NCBI GenBank assembly: GCA_003707115.1
Contig: PPNB01000009.1
Coordinates: 62,001 to 126,000, forward strand
Direction of reading: 5' to 3'
DNA length: 64,000 nucleotides
Origin: Tortispora ganteri
Lineage: Eukaryota
Shown in pieces: positions 30,424 through 41,041 of the stretch. The notes under the pieces are model-generated. The model did not search any database. It worked only from the letters and a program-made list of their open reading frames with translations, and was not told the DNA's origin. The translations under genes were made by a program, and so were the position numbers. The first letter of the stretch is position 1. Each line of letters starts with the position of its first letter.

Positions 30424-32232
30424 ATGGTGTGGCTCCGTCTTTTTGCCGCAGAACCATCATCTGATGAGCGGTCATCTCTGCTTGGCCGAACTGAGCGACA
30501 GAGAACGAACCGGATTTTAATATTGCTCCTACTCGTACTCATACCGTTATGTGTACTCATAGATATCTTCAAGATCGCACGGCCAGCCTTCAATGCACAG
30601 ACCCATGCGGTTTCCGGTAAACACGGTGCTGTGGCTGCAGATGTACCAATATGCTCAAATATGGGCGTCGATATACTGAAACGCGGTGGTAATGCCGTCG
30701 ATGCTGTTATAACTACCACCCTTTGCATAGGCGTTGTGAACATGTTCAGCTCAGGCATCGGGGGTGGCGGTTTCATGCTCATACGCCCACATAACGACTC
30801 GCCATTAGCCATAAATTTTCGTGAAATGGCTCCAGCAGCCGCTCACAAACATATGTATGATGATAATCCAATGACTTCAAAAATCGGCGGTAAGGCGATA
30901 GGCATCCCCGGTGAACTAGCCGGGCTCTGGGCTGCTCATGAACGTTACGGCTCGCTCTCGTGGAAGGAGCTATTTGAACCTGTAGTAGATCTGGCTCGAA
31001 ATGGGTTTCCAATGCCGCGTGTGGTAAATCTCGCCCTCAAAACTGTATACCCGGCCATATTTGGTGACATGGCCCCGTCTGCCAACTGGTCGTTTCTCTG
31101 GAACGATAAGTATGATAGACCATACAACACCGGTGAACTCATTAAACGCGAGGCACTAGCCAAAACCCTAGAAAGAGTCAGTATAGAAGGTATAAGTGCC
31201 TTTTACAATAGTTCAATTACTCATTCTATGGTCAACGAAGCTGCCAAATCTGGCGGTATTATTACTTATGACGATTTCTCAAAATACCAAGTCAGCATTG
31301 AAGAACCAATAAGTACATACTTTCACGGGAAAGAGGTCCTTACCTTAAATGCCCCTACTAGCGGACCGGCTTTATTATTTGGACTGAATCTGATAGAAGG
31401 AATTGATGGCCCCTTCGCCGGACATGAGCACAGCGCACTCTCTCAACACTATATAATAGAGACAATGAAATGGATGTCATCAGCACGTACTGAGCTTGGT
31501 GATCCGGCATACATGGACAATCTAGAACATATCTCCACTATGCAAACCAAAAAGTATGCTGCTGATGCCCGAAGGAATGTCTCTGCCGACAGAACTTATA
31601 ATTGGCGATACTACAACCCCTCATATGAGCCGAATGACGAACACGGTACTGCACATATTTCTGTTATTGATAAAAATGGAATGGCGGTGTCATTGACTAC
31701 TACTGTTAATCTGTATTTTGGCTGCATGGTTCACGACCCCGAGTCAGGAGTTATCTTAAATTCGGAAATGGACGACTTTTCTGTGCCAAAGACTGGAAAT
31801 GCCTTTGACCTGCAGCCTTCCATCTACAACTATATCGAACCCTTTAAAAGGCCCCTTTCATCTACGGTTCCTGTTATCATTACCGACAATAACTACGCCG
31901 AACTCATTATCGGTGCTGCAGGTGGTTCGCATATTATTACGACGGTCTTTCAGGCGATTGCGCGTATCTATCTGTTCAAGCAGGACCTTGAGCAGGCAGT
32001 GAAGAACCCGCGTTTGCACGATCAGCTTATACCGGAAACTACATACTACGAAAGTGGTATGCACTCCTGGAGGTATTTTTTTACCCTGCGAGGACTAAGA
32101 AACATGAACCACAACCTAACTTCCATGGACGCGCGGTCTGTGATGAACGGGATTATGAAAGACGTCCATACGGGTGAAATTACTGCCGTCAGCGACTGGT
32201 GGAGGAAGGATGCAGTAGCTGCTGCCTACTAG
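30424..32232 (+). CDS. ECM38: Gamma-glutamyl transpeptidase (type II membrane anchor)
   Basis: N-terminal TM, GGNAVDA, SSGIGGGGF, INFREMAP, catalytic HGTAHISV, TTTVNLYFG, NSEMDDFS, KRPLSS, GAAGGS. Confidence 0.93.
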   Translation: MVWLRLFAAEPSSDERSSLLGRTERQRTNRILILLLLVLIPLCVLIDIFKIARPAFNAQTHAVSGKHGAVAADVPICSNMGVDILKRGGNAVDAVITTTLCIGVVNMFSSGIGGGGFMLIRPHNDSPLAINFREMAPAAAHKHMYDDNPMTSKIGGKAIGIPGELAGLWAAHERYGSLSWKELFEPVVDLARNGFPMPRVVNLALKTVYPAIFGDMAPSANWSFLWNDKYDRPYNTGELIKREALAKTLERVSIEGISAFYNSSITHSMVNEAAKSGGIITYDDFSKYQVSIEEPISTYFHGKEVLTLNAPTSGPALLFGLNLIEGIDGPFAGHEHSALSQHYIIETMKWMSSARTELGDPAYMDNLEHISTMQTKKYAADARRNVSADRTYNWRYYNPSYEPNDEHGTAHISVIDKNGMAVSLTTTVNLYFGCMVHDPESGVILNSEMDDFSVPKTGNAFDLQPSIYNYIEPFKRPLSSTVPVIITDNNYAELIIGAAGGSHIITTVFQAIARIYLFKQDLEQAVKNPRLHDQLIPETTYYESGMHSWRYFFTLRGLRNMNHNLTSMDARSVMNGIMKDVHTGEITAVSDWWRKDAVAAAY

Positions 32233-32468
32233 CTACTGTACAAGTTACAAATACCATCTAATCTACGAAAATATCTTTACATATAGGCAATTCGTACAAG
32301 TCATGAGTAATTTACTGGCAATAGAGAGAACAACCAATCAGAGATTGAGAAATAAAGTTTCTGAAGTTCCCTATTAGGAAAAGAGCGGGAAGAAAAAAAA
32401 TGTGAGAAACAACCTAGCGACTGTACGTCTAAGGATTGTCAGATAATACCACATTTATTCCAAAAATA

Positions 32469-33089
32469 ATGGATTTCTCTTGGTTGCTTGGTGCGAAGAA
32501 GCAAGATTCGAGATCCGATTCTAGTTATGGCGAGATAGCGCCTACTGTTTCGTCAATAATTGGTGGAGACAACATCGATTCGTCGAGGCTTCAGCAACTA
32601 TCAGGTGTTGCACCAGGTCAGTTGGAATTCTTAGACCTTGAAGGCGAAGAGTTGAGCGATTTACCAGGCTCTCGGACTTTACTTCCGAGTCGTGGATGGA
32701 GTGACGATCTGTGTTATGGAACTGGAGCCACATACCTGCTTGGTTTAGGTCTTGGTGGCGCCTACGGTTTGTCGGAAGGTCTGAGAACTGCACCTAGCGA
32801 TGCCTCTTCAAGACTACGACTCAACTATGTACTGAATTCGGTCACCAAGCGTGGTCCATACCTCGGTAACAGCGCTGGTGTTTTGGCGCTGACATACAAT
32901 GTTATCAATAGCTCGCTGGACACATACCGCGGCAAGCACGACGATCTTAATTCGTTAGCGGCTGGTGCACTCTCGGGCGCTATATTCCGATCTACACATG
33001 GACTCAGGCCTATGATGATTTCTGCTGGACTTATGACATTGGTTTCTGGAGCATGGTGCGGTCTCAAGCGAGTCGTTATCAGCGACTAA
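32469..33089 (+). CDS. TIM23: Mitochondrial import translocase subunit Tim23
   Basis: LPSRGWSDDLCYGTG, LNSVTKRGPYLGNSAGVLA, RGKHDDLNSLAAGALSGA. First ATG at 32469. Confidence 0.96.
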   Translation: MDFSWLLGAKKQDSRSDSSYGEIAPTVSSIIGGDNIDSSRLQQLSGVAPGQLEFLDLEGEELSDLPGSRTLLPSRGWSDDLCYGTGATYLLGLGLGGAYGLSEGLRTAPSDASSRLRLNYVLNSVTKRGPYLGNSAGVLALTYNVINSSLDTYRGKHDDLNSLAAGALSGAIFRSTHGLRPMMISAGLMTLVSGAWCGLKRVVISD

Positions 33090-33325
33090 GAAATTAGCGA
33101 CCAGTACTTTTCATGTTAATGAACCATATTGGTCTATTATTAATCGACAGCATGACCCATGACTGCAACCGAACTTTAGCTGGAGGACGAACAGTTGACT
33201 AGTTCTATTGCTTTCTTGTTATATCCTCTCTATTCTCTCCGTTGGTCTCCCGTTGGTCTTCCCGTCAATTTTAACGAACATCTCTCTCGCCTCCTTTGTA
33301 TTTAGTCAATTTATCACGGTCAACG

Positions 33326-33799
33326 TTACGCGCGTAACCCCCTTTGTCGTAGCTTTTCCTGTCGCTTAGATAGCTGCGGGTCGGTAGTCGTAGTGGCATT
33401 TTTGTTGCCTGTGAACCCGCTAATTAGCTGCAACAGTTTGACCGCTGCGTACCCTGGGATCGCCAGGTAGAGGATCCATGCCTTGTTAGTCCCTAGTACT
33501 ATAGACGTCAAGACGCAGCTCCAAGTGATATAGACGATATCCCACATATACTCAGTGAGTCCTGCCGCTGAAAGGTCACTACCGGGCCTGCTACCTGCCG
33601 GACGACCTGTCTTGTCCAGTACGTACTCTAGTCCCCACGCCGGGATACTTAGTATCACATAAGGCTTCATAGACCCGGGCCGGTTCAAGAAGTAGTATGA
33701 CAATACAAACATCGTGTTCACAATAATTGAAGCCATATGAAGCGTTTTCAACGCTTGCGCATTCTTCACAGCTAGTTTCTTGTCTGCAGCTTTGGCCAT
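33326..33799 (-). CDS. SND2: SRP-independent targeting protein Snd2/TMEM208
   Basis: MAKAADKKLA..N, GSDLSAAGLTEYMWDIVYITW, LYLAIPGYA, SKRQEKL..RG. Confidence 0.9.
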   Translation of the reverse strand: MAKAADKKLAVKNAQALKTLHMASIIVNTMFVLSYYFLNRPGSMKPYVILSIPAWGLEYVLDKTGRPAGSRPGSDLSAAGLTEYMWDIVYITWSCVLTSIVLGTNKAWILYLAIPGYAAVKLLQLISGFTGNKNATTTTDPQLSKRQEKLRQRGLRA

Positions 33800-33940
33800 T
33801 GTCTTATCAGAGGCAGAAAAAGGTATAATGGGAAGTTCTACAGGTCAACTCTGACACCACCATATTGGCCTAACGAACGATCTCTGCTCATCTGCACCTC
33901 CATTTTTTTTTTTTTATTCGACGAAGTAGAGCATGTTTCA

Positions 33941-34720
33941 ATGAACAATAAAGTACTATATGCGATAGATAAATTGCAACATGGATTATGGGACGCCATA
34001 CCGGACGCCAGTCTCAACTCGGAGTGGGTTACCAAACCGCGAGCCATTAAAATCAAGCGAGACGTTCTAATCCGTGCACACAACACCCGTGCCAAATTTC
34101 CTCCGCTTGTTTTTGCTACAAGATTGTATGCTCTCATCCAAAGTGATGATCTCACACTTGGTGAACGTTCATTGTTGACGGCAGCCCGCGACGGTGTCGT
34201 CCGATTATTCTCGGTATCTGTCCACAAAGAGTACCCCTGGTTGCTGGCATGCACGACTGTCAGCTATTACAACGCGCTTAAACTAGCTAAAAATCATTCC
34301 GATACCCCTGAAGCTTTCATAGCCTTCCAGAAAGTTCTGGACGCCAAACCGGATGCCCTCACCTTATCGCGTACTGATCTGGACGAGATGACCTCATCAA
34401 TGGTCCAAACCGTTGTCGGTGCCGGGTTCCTAACTCTACGTAATGATGAGTACATCATTGCCATGCCGAATACTGGACTTCTTGTAAGAACAGTGCTTGC
34501 TGCTCGATCCTGGGTCATTAAGGTACTAAAATCAGGTACGGGAACAACTGTCTCGCTGCCACACCTGCAGGCGAAATGGGACGCAGCCAAAAAGGCCAAA
34601 TGGGAACTAAGCCTCGGCCTAAACTTGCAGTGGTTAATCGATCTCCTTGAAACTACCGGTCACATAGAACGCGCAGCGACTCCAAGTGGCGTCGCGCTGC
34701 GTTGGACCGGGAAAGCTTGA
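33941..34720 (+). CDS. STK19-family winged-helix protein
   Basis: FPPLVFATRLYAL, LVxAGFLT-like VVGAGFLT, IAMPNTG, LNLQWLI and a terminal TPSGVALR matching the STK19 family pattern. Confidence 0.7.
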   Translation: MNNKVLYAIDKLQHGLWDAIPDASLNSEWVTKPRAIKIKRDVLIRAHNTRAKFPPLVFATRLYALIQSDDLTLGERSLLTAARDGVVRLFSVSVHKEYPWLLACTTVSYYNALKLAKNHSDTPEAFIAFQKVLDAKPDALTLSRTDLDEMTSSMVQTVVGAGFLTLRNDEYIIAMPNTGLLVRTVLAARSWVIKVLKSGTGTTVSLPHLQAKWDAAKKAKWELSLGLNLQWLIDLLETTGHIERAATPSGVALRWTGKA

Positions 34721-34761
34721 CCTACCTGGCACCTTCCCATCGACAACCTCCCCCACACCAT

Positions 34762-35607
34762 ATGCTTCACCTTCTAGGAGTCGGCGGAGCCAATGTCGTT
34801 TTCACTAGCGAACATTTTCCGAATCAAGTGTTGAGATTTCGCCGCGATAAACAGATTCCCAGTTCGCAAGATGTCTACACTTTCATGACTACGGCCGTGT
34901 ACCCGCGTCTTCGCGCAGCCGGAATTGATTCGCGCGTGCTCGTTCATCCACAGATTTGTCCAATTTCGCAGCACTTACTTGATGAAGCACAAAAATTGAG
35001 TCCGGTACCGCTAATGGACACAAAAGAGGTCTTATTATTGGAAAACTGTCAGTACGACACCGGTTCATGCCACATCAAAACCTATGGCAGCTCTTCTGTG
35101 AGGTACACCGACGACGGCATCGTGTGCATAGCATTTAAACCGAAATGGCTCGCAACCTCACCGAATGCGCCATTGGACTCTGTGTATTGCCGCACCTGCG
35201 CCCTGAACCGGATGCGCGGACGCACTATTCAGTTTTGTCCCTTGAGGCTGCTGTCACGCCCGTGCGAAGAGCTAAAACGGTTCCTGTCACACTATGATCT
35301 TCCTGAAGAATGGATACAGATAGCAGCTCTGGCTTTGAGCGCAGCAATGAAGTCCGCACACGTCCTCGATGCCTTGAAGCAGGTACAAACCGACTGCGAT
35401 CCCTTTGGTATCCTCGATCAGAAGACTGAAATGAACGAAAAATTCCAAGTGGCAATGGCCACTCGAGACTGCACTCTCTACGGTCTAATTGATGGAGACA
35501 ATTGCGAAATTAAATTGGCAGATTTTGATCCTAAAGACCCGCATGAAAAAGCAAAGGTCTGGAAAAATACAGAGAATAATCTAATATCTGGACATTGGTA
35601 TTCGTGA
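34762..35607 (+). CDS. IPK1: Inositol-pentakisphosphate 2-kinase
   Basis: GGANVVF, LRFRR, KPKWL..SPNAP, CRTCAL, FCPLRL, RDCTLY, LADFDPK. First ATG at 34762. Confidence 0.88.
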   Translation: MLHLLGVGGANVVFTSEHFPNQVLRFRRDKQIPSSQDVYTFMTTAVYPRLRAAGIDSRVLVHPQICPISQHLLDEAQKLSPVPLMDTKEVLLLENCQYDTGSCHIKTYGSSSVRYTDDGIVCIAFKPKWLATSPNAPLDSVYCRTCALNRMRGRTIQFCPLRLLSRPCEELKRFLSHYDLPEEWIQIAALALSAAMKSAHVLDALKQVQTDCDPFGILDQKTEMNEKFQVAMATRDCTLYGLIDGDNCEIKLADFDPKDPHEKAKVWKNTENNLISGHWYS

Positions 35608-35617
35608 GCATCTGAGC

Positions 35618-36760
35618 TCAACGAATCATTTTTTGCTTCTTCTTGCCCGCCTTAGCGTTTTCCTTTTGCAAGAACTTACGTTGCTCTTCAGGAGACATCT
35701 TGGACATTTTTTCACGACGGGCTTTAGCTTTGTCAGCAGCCAACTGATTGGCGATCTCCTCAGCTTTTCGCTCGTCTTCGGCCTTTTTCAACTTGAGGCG
35801 TTCACCGTCACGCACAGACTTAAGTTTCTTCGCGACTTCAGCGCGGAACTCGACGTCCGACAGAAAATCCACCCATTCAATTGCAGCATTAATCAATTCA
35901 GCAAGAGCTTCAGGATCGCTCGTACCAGTAACTAACTTGATAGCCCTGTGGTTGACAAATTTATCGAAAGCGTCGGTTGAAGTCGGTTTTTCCATGGGCA
36001 TATCAGCGATAGACAAAACGTCCAAGATAGGCGCAGCGGCTTTAATGGCGTTTTTGATAGGAGGGAGCACCACCGATGTTATCTCTGCTTGTTCCGACAT
36101 AATAACGAGTGAGGCGTCTTCGGGGTAGTCGACCGTCTTCGTGAGCGAGAGAGCATAAGACTCGTCGCGCAGCTCCTTCATTTGAAGTTTAGAAACAACA
36201 CCGAAGATAAACCCTGGTACTTTTGAGCGGGCAGCTTCAGATAAGACGATCTTCACGTCGACCTTATCACGAGGAAGCTCCATACCGAAGGCAAAAGCCA
36301 GCACATATTCAAGCAGCAACATAGGCAAAGCCTGGCGGTTTTTCAGTGAGACGTCAATGGTAATCGACCTGACGTTGAGTCTGCCACTGGCATAAGTGAT
36401 ATACCTATTGGTGCTGCCATAACGAATAAGCTTCTCTTCTCCGCCAATGGGGCCCACTCCGACATGAGCGAATTGCTCGTGAAGAGCAGGAATAGTTTTA
36501 TTAATGACATTTTCGGCAATATTTTTGTTAATAGTCCTGCCGATATAATAGATAATAAAGTATGCAACAAGGGCAGTCACTATGTACAACTCATACTTCC
36601 AATTATAGTAGCTTATACGCTGCTTGAAAGGGAGATAGTACAGCTCAAGAGGGATGGCTTGCGACATGAGATTGTAGTTGAACCGCTCGAGGACCCGGCG
36701 GGTTTTCTCGTCAAGCGCGACAAAGTCATCAAACCGAAAATACTGCAAAATACTCGACAT
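35618..36760 (-). CDS. CCDC47/PAT-complex subunit (DUF1682, YNR021W-like)
   Basis: Single TM followed by IG..IN..IA, QFAHVG, YASGR and a long C-terminal coiled coil (KMSPEEQRKFLQKE). Confidence 0.85.
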   Translation of the reverse strand: MSSILQYFRFDDFVALDEKTRRVLERFNYNLMSQAIPLELYYLPFKQRISYYNWKYELYIVTALVAYFIIYYIGRTINKNIAENVINKTIPALHEQFAHVGVGPIGGEEKLIRYGSTNRYITYASGRLNVRSITIDVSLKNRQALPMLLLEYVLAFAFGMELPRDKVDVKIVLSEAARSKVPGFIFGVVSKLQMKELRDESYALSLTKTVDYPEDASLVIMSEQAEITSVVLPPIKNAIKAAAPILDVLSIADMPMEKPTSTDAFDKFVNHRAIKLVTGTSDPEALAELINAAIEWVDFLSDVEFRAEVAKKLKSVRDGERLKLKKAEDERKAEEIANQLAADKAKARREKMSKMSPEEQRKFLQKENAKAGKKKQKMIR

Positions 36761-36969
36761 GTTCGGGGGGGAGCTCGTCAAGTCGAAGATAATCGAAAGG
36801 AGGGGAACTTCTTGCCCGATCTGGTGTGCAACTGATATGATTATTCGCCCGCAGTCGCCATAAACCCTTAACCCTGTAATTTCTTAGGTTACTATTCGAT
36901 TACTTTACGCGGCTGCTATACTGCTCTAAGCGTGCATTTCTGCCATCTACGTCTTTTGCGTGCACTATA

Positions 36970-37878
36970 ATGAGCTGTGCGGGGAGCTGCGAAGCTGTCA
37001 GGGCGCTTGAAAAGGAGCTCAAAGAGCTGCAAGAGTCTTCTCGGGAACTCGAAGGCGAACTGGAGGCGCAACTTAGCCAATCGGAAAACGAAGTAGCGCG
37101 ATTAACGCGACTAACGAAATCACTGGAGGATGAAAGAGACAACTGGAAACTTAAGCACAGCAGAACACAGAAAGAGACCGGGTTAATTGTCGAAGATCTA
37201 CGAGACAAAGTCGCTGAGTTAGAAAAATCCCTGAAATCCAGTAAGAATAAGTGTGTGGAGCTCGAAATGAATAACGACGATCTAGAATCGAAGCTAAGAG
37301 TAGCTGAAGCTACGGTGATCGAAACGACAAAGAAGTACGAATCTCTTCTTGAATCACATGCACTTCAAAATGTTGATATACCAAACAATGCAATTGCTGA
37401 TCTGGAACATGCAAATGAAGAAATAAAAGATCTCAAAGATGAAATAAAAATGCTGTCCAAAAATCTCGCTGAACTACGATTGCAAGAAGAGTCTCAAGGT
37501 AAATCAGTACTGCAACTGCCAACGCAATCGCATCCACAAATGCTATCACGAACAGAATCACAATTACAGACCCCAAAACACGTTCCTCATATACTAAGAG
37601 GCAAATCCTCCAAGTCCTGCCTAAAAACTCCTAGTCCTGTCCCAGCATTGAATATTCATCGGAAAACTCCCCCATTACCGCAAAGAAAACAACCGCGAAT
37701 AGACGTTAAAGCTCTTTCCGAAGAGGTGAAGCAATTACTTGAAAGCACTTCACTACCGCTATCAGACAACGTCAAATCTCCGACAAAAATACCTACTCCT
37801 GTCAAACCTAAGTACTGCGCAGAGCCTTCATTAGCATCTCTTTCCATTGTTTCAAAGTCTCGCAACTGCACTGTATAA
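36970..37878 (+). CDS. NDL1: NudE/Ndl1 dynein regulator
   Basis: ELKELQESSRELEGELEAQL, WKLKH and ELEMNNDDLE coiled-coil motifs, with a Ser/Pro-rich tail. Confidence 0.85.
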   Translation: MSCAGSCEAVRALEKELKELQESSRELEGELEAQLSQSENEVARLTRLTKSLEDERDNWKLKHSRTQKETGLIVEDLRDKVAELEKSLKSSKNKCVELEMNNDDLESKLRVAEATVIETTKKYESLLESHALQNVDIPNNAIADLEHANEEIKDLKDEIKMLSKNLAELRLQEESQGKSVLQLPTQSHPQMLSRTESQLQTPKHVPHILRGKSSKSCLKTPSPVPALNIHRKTPPLPQRKQPRIDVKALSEEVKQLLESTSLPLSDNVKSPTKIPTPVKPKYCAEPSLASLSIVSKSRNCTV

Positions 37879-37895
37879 TGAATCCCCCTGCATAT

Positions 37896-38993
37896 TTATA
37901 TATCGGACAAATCTTCAAAAGACCGCCATCCCTCACGCACAAGTTCCCATTTGTTATTGTTGTTTTCCTCGTGCCCACCTGTGAACTCTTTTTTAACAAT
38001 GGCGTACTTTTCCCAGCGTCCATTCTCTAGAAATATAGCGATGACAGAGTCTTCGGAAGACCAGCCAAGCACTCCGCGAGATGAGACGCCATCTTCGCGG
38101 ACACGATAAGATACGAAACTCCACTCAGAAGAAAAATAGCTCGGTAGTAAAGGTAAAACCGATAAGAGATGTTTTCTGTTAGTCGAAACGGACTCTGAGG
38201 TCATTACCGAATCGTATACATGTAGGGTTCCTTTATCAGATAGGACAGCCAGCCGTCTGGCAGAAGGAGAGAACGCCATTGAGTACATTTCTGCGCGGTC
38301 TAAACCTCTTCTAAACTCGTGAACCAGTGCTGTGGTTTGCGTAGAGTGAATCCTGATGATAGTACCGGCTTCTGATGCCGAAGCAAGGAAAGCGCCATCG
38401 TTGGATAGAGCTATGCATCTTATTGGTGCCTTGTGGGCTTTCACTATTGAGACCAAATTGCGTTCCTGACCTTGTGGTGATAAATCGACAACCTGAATTT
38501 GTCCTTCGGTTCGTGCAGGGAACGCGAGTAGATTACTTGATAGAGCGCAGATACCATGAGGGTTGTCCGAAGTTTCATATATGGCGATCCGTAGCGGGGG
38601 TGATGAAAAGGCATATATGTGTATTTTATTCTTTCCACAGACGACAATACGTGTTCTTGACAGCTGTACGCTCAGTACAGGACTATAGAACTCTAGGCTC
38701 AACGCTGGGGCTTTTTTCAGGTCGTCCCATATGACAACTTTGTTCTCAGAGAATTTAGGAGATCGGCCTCCTCCAACCAGGGCCAAATAGTTAGTTCGGT
38801 AGAGCATCTGAGCAATTCCGATACCGCCGTCGTTAAAATCTCTGCGCACCCTAGCTTCCATGGGATCGGTAGAATATACTCTGAATCCCTTTTCGTGACC
38901 AATTGCAAAACATCCTTGGTCCTGATTGAAAGCTGCGCTTAGTAGTGCAGGGGATTTACGACGTTCAGAATGAAGAGGATTATGTAAATTCAT
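37896..38993 (-). CDS. HSV2: PROPPIN beta-propeller Hsv2 (WIPI3/4 type)
   Basis: [62 protein letters not shown]. Confidence 0.92.
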   Translation of the reverse strand: MNLHNPLHSERRKSPALLSAAFNQDQGCFAIGHEKGFRVYSTDPMEARVRRDFNDGGIGIAQMLYRTNYLALVGGGRSPKFSENKVVIWDDLKKAPALSLEFYSPVLSVQLSRTRIVVCGKNKIHIYAFSSPPLRIAIYETSDNPHGICALSSNLLAFPARTEGQIQVVDLSPQGQERNLVSIVKAHKAPIRCIALSNDGAFLASASEAGTIIRIHSTQTTALVHEFRRGLDRAEMYSMAFSPSARRLAVLSDKGTLHVYDSVMTSESVSTNRKHLLSVLPLLPSYFSSEWSFVSYRVREDGVSSRGVLGWSSEDSVIAIFLENGRWEKYAIVKKEFTGGHEENNNNKWELVREGWRSFEDLSDI

Positions 38994-39408
38994 GGAAAAA
39001 CTTCAATTGAGTTCAAATACAATGACAAACAGATTTAAGTGATGCTTTCAGCAATCGCATACTATTGATAGAACCAATGTTACAATCGTAGGTGTATGTG
39101 GCCGTTATTGTGCAAGAGTCAACAGTAGTAGATCTATCGTAATGCAAAATACAAGAGTTGAAGTTTAATTTTAAATTCCACTCCGGATATATTCCAGAAA
39201 TTGACGTCAATGTGTTTTTACAAGAGAGTAGATCTGCTTGCGAAAGGCACGTTAGTGTAGCTAACAGTGTGATTATATATGTTGACAAATGTGTTGTCAC
39301 AGCAACAAATCTTTATCAACTTTAAGTTGTAGTGTTTTACCGTTACACCGTTAGAACGGTCTTCTTTGGAAATGCCGATATTGAGTAATAATAAGAATAA
39401 ACTATGAA

Positions 39409-39425
39409 ATATATATATATATATA
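39409..39425. repeat. (TA)n microsatellite
   Basis: atatatatatatatata in the AT-rich HSV2/DLIC intergenic region. Confidence 0.8.
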
Positions 39426-39725
39426 AACTACTAATAATAATAATATAAAACTTTGACACTCATTTATAAAGAATAACACGTAAAAGTGTCACTAATTCTG
39501 GGCTGTAAGATATACTAGTCAAAACCTTTATTGCGTTAAGGTTTGATTAGAACTTATATACACTAGACTTAGTGGTTTATAGATATATTTTTCAATTTTC
39601 GTAATATTAAAAATCTGAAAATAATGGAAGTTTTCTATTGTCTTAATTAATTGTTGAAAGTGGTGCAATTGATGCTTGTTTATGGTAGATTAGCGTCTAG
39701 ATCAAACTTCCCATTCGATAAAGCC

Positions 39726-41015
39726 ATGTTTCGGGAAATACTAGATGCTGCAACAGTAACTGACCAGTCTGTACAAAGGACGATAATACTGTGTGGAGGA
39801 AGTGGCGAAATACAGGATATTGTATTGAATTTGGTTCTACAAATATTTCAATTGCCGAAAACAAAGAAACCCCTGAACTATGGACGCGTCGGATCAACTT
39901 TGAAGTACATTGCGATCCCTCAATATGACAACAATTCGCAATCAAATGTCACGTGTCACGTGTACTGTGCGCCTGGACCCGCATCTTCTTATAAAAAAGT
40001 TCTCTCTAACTTGATTAAAAAGTCAACCCGTGTGTCTGTGTTGTTGCTTTGCGACTGGTCAAATGCTCCTTCGTGGGCTGCAGACCTCTCCGACTGGCTA
40101 TGCGCTTTGTCATATTGCGTCGATACAAACACTAGCTTGGACCTTGTGCGGCGGTTCAATCAGAGCTATGGAATACCAGCGTCAACATCTTCACTTGTTT
40201 CCGATACAGAACTAGCACCCTCGCTCATTGAAGAGACCAGTCTTTGCCTTGGTGTGTTCACAGGGATTATACTGGTCGACAACGGCAAGCTAGATATGAT
40301 TAAAAATACAATGGGCTGGCGTGAGTCACATTTATCGTATTTTGAGCAGTTTATTCGTTTGACGGCTCTGAAACTATCAGGATTTGCTGCCTTTGTTTCG
40401 ACCTACACTACAACTAAGAACAGCCTGTTGCCTGCGTATATCAACACCTTACTCTCCAGCGAACAGCCCATCGATTTGTCAGAACAGTTCCCGGCATCCG
40501 TTTCTGACTTTCAGTATTTGTTTATACCGATTGGATGGGATTCTCAATCAAGAATACAACTTATTTCTGCTAAGTTTCCTTACGAGGAATACGCTGCCGC
40601 ATTGGCTGAGAGTATGAAAACCAACTCTTCCCGACATTTGTGCGAACTCTATGACCGCTTTATAAAACCGATCTGGAACGTCTCAGAGACGAACGGTGTA
40701 AAACCTCAATTGGACACTGAATTGCCTTCAGAACAAGAATTTCTGACACATTTACAGCTAATGTTCGAGTCAAGTCCTAATGACTCAAAGCGTGCCGCTC
40801 ACTACGATACTCGCGCTATTGGCACTCCGACTCCCAAACCCGGAGGTCGAACTTCGCTTACGCCTACAACAGGTAACACTCCTTCTGTTTCGTCTCCTTC
40901 TGTTACTCCGAAGGGCCTTCAAGATCGCGAAGCTGTCTCTAGCTTTTTTCAGAGTTTTGTCCCTAAAAAATCTGACTCGTCTAGCCCTTCTTTGCACAAC
41001 TCCCCAGCCTCCTAG
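39726..41015 (+). CDS. DYN3: Cytoplasmic dynein light intermediate chain
   Basis: LLLCDWSNAP, EQFIRLTALK.SG, LFIPIGWDS..RIQLI, EQEFL and C-terminal helix VSSFFQSF. The start could be ATG 39672 or 39726. Confidence 0.8.
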   Translation: MFREILDAATVTDQSVQRTIILCGGSGEIQDIVLNLVLQIFQLPKTKKPLNYGRVGSTLKYIAIPQYDNNSQSNVTCHVYCAPGPASSYKKVLSNLIKKSTRVSVLLLCDWSNAPSWAADLSDWLCALSYCVDTNTSLDLVRRFNQSYGIPASTSSLVSDTELAPSLIEETSLCLGVFTGIILVDNGKLDMIKNTMGWRESHLSYFEQFIRLTALKLSGFAAFVSTYTTTKNSLLPAYINTLLSSEQPIDLSEQFPASVSDFQYLFIPIGWDSQSRIQLISAKFPYEEYAAALAESMKTNSSRHLCELYDRFIKPIWNVSETNGVKPQLDTELPSEQEFLTHLQLMFESSPNDSKRAAHYDTRAIGTPTPKPGGRTSLTPTTGNTPSVSSPSVTPKGLQDREAVSSFFQSFVPKKSDSSSPSLHNSPAS

Positions 41016-41041
41016 AGACGCTGCATTTACTTCATTTACTA

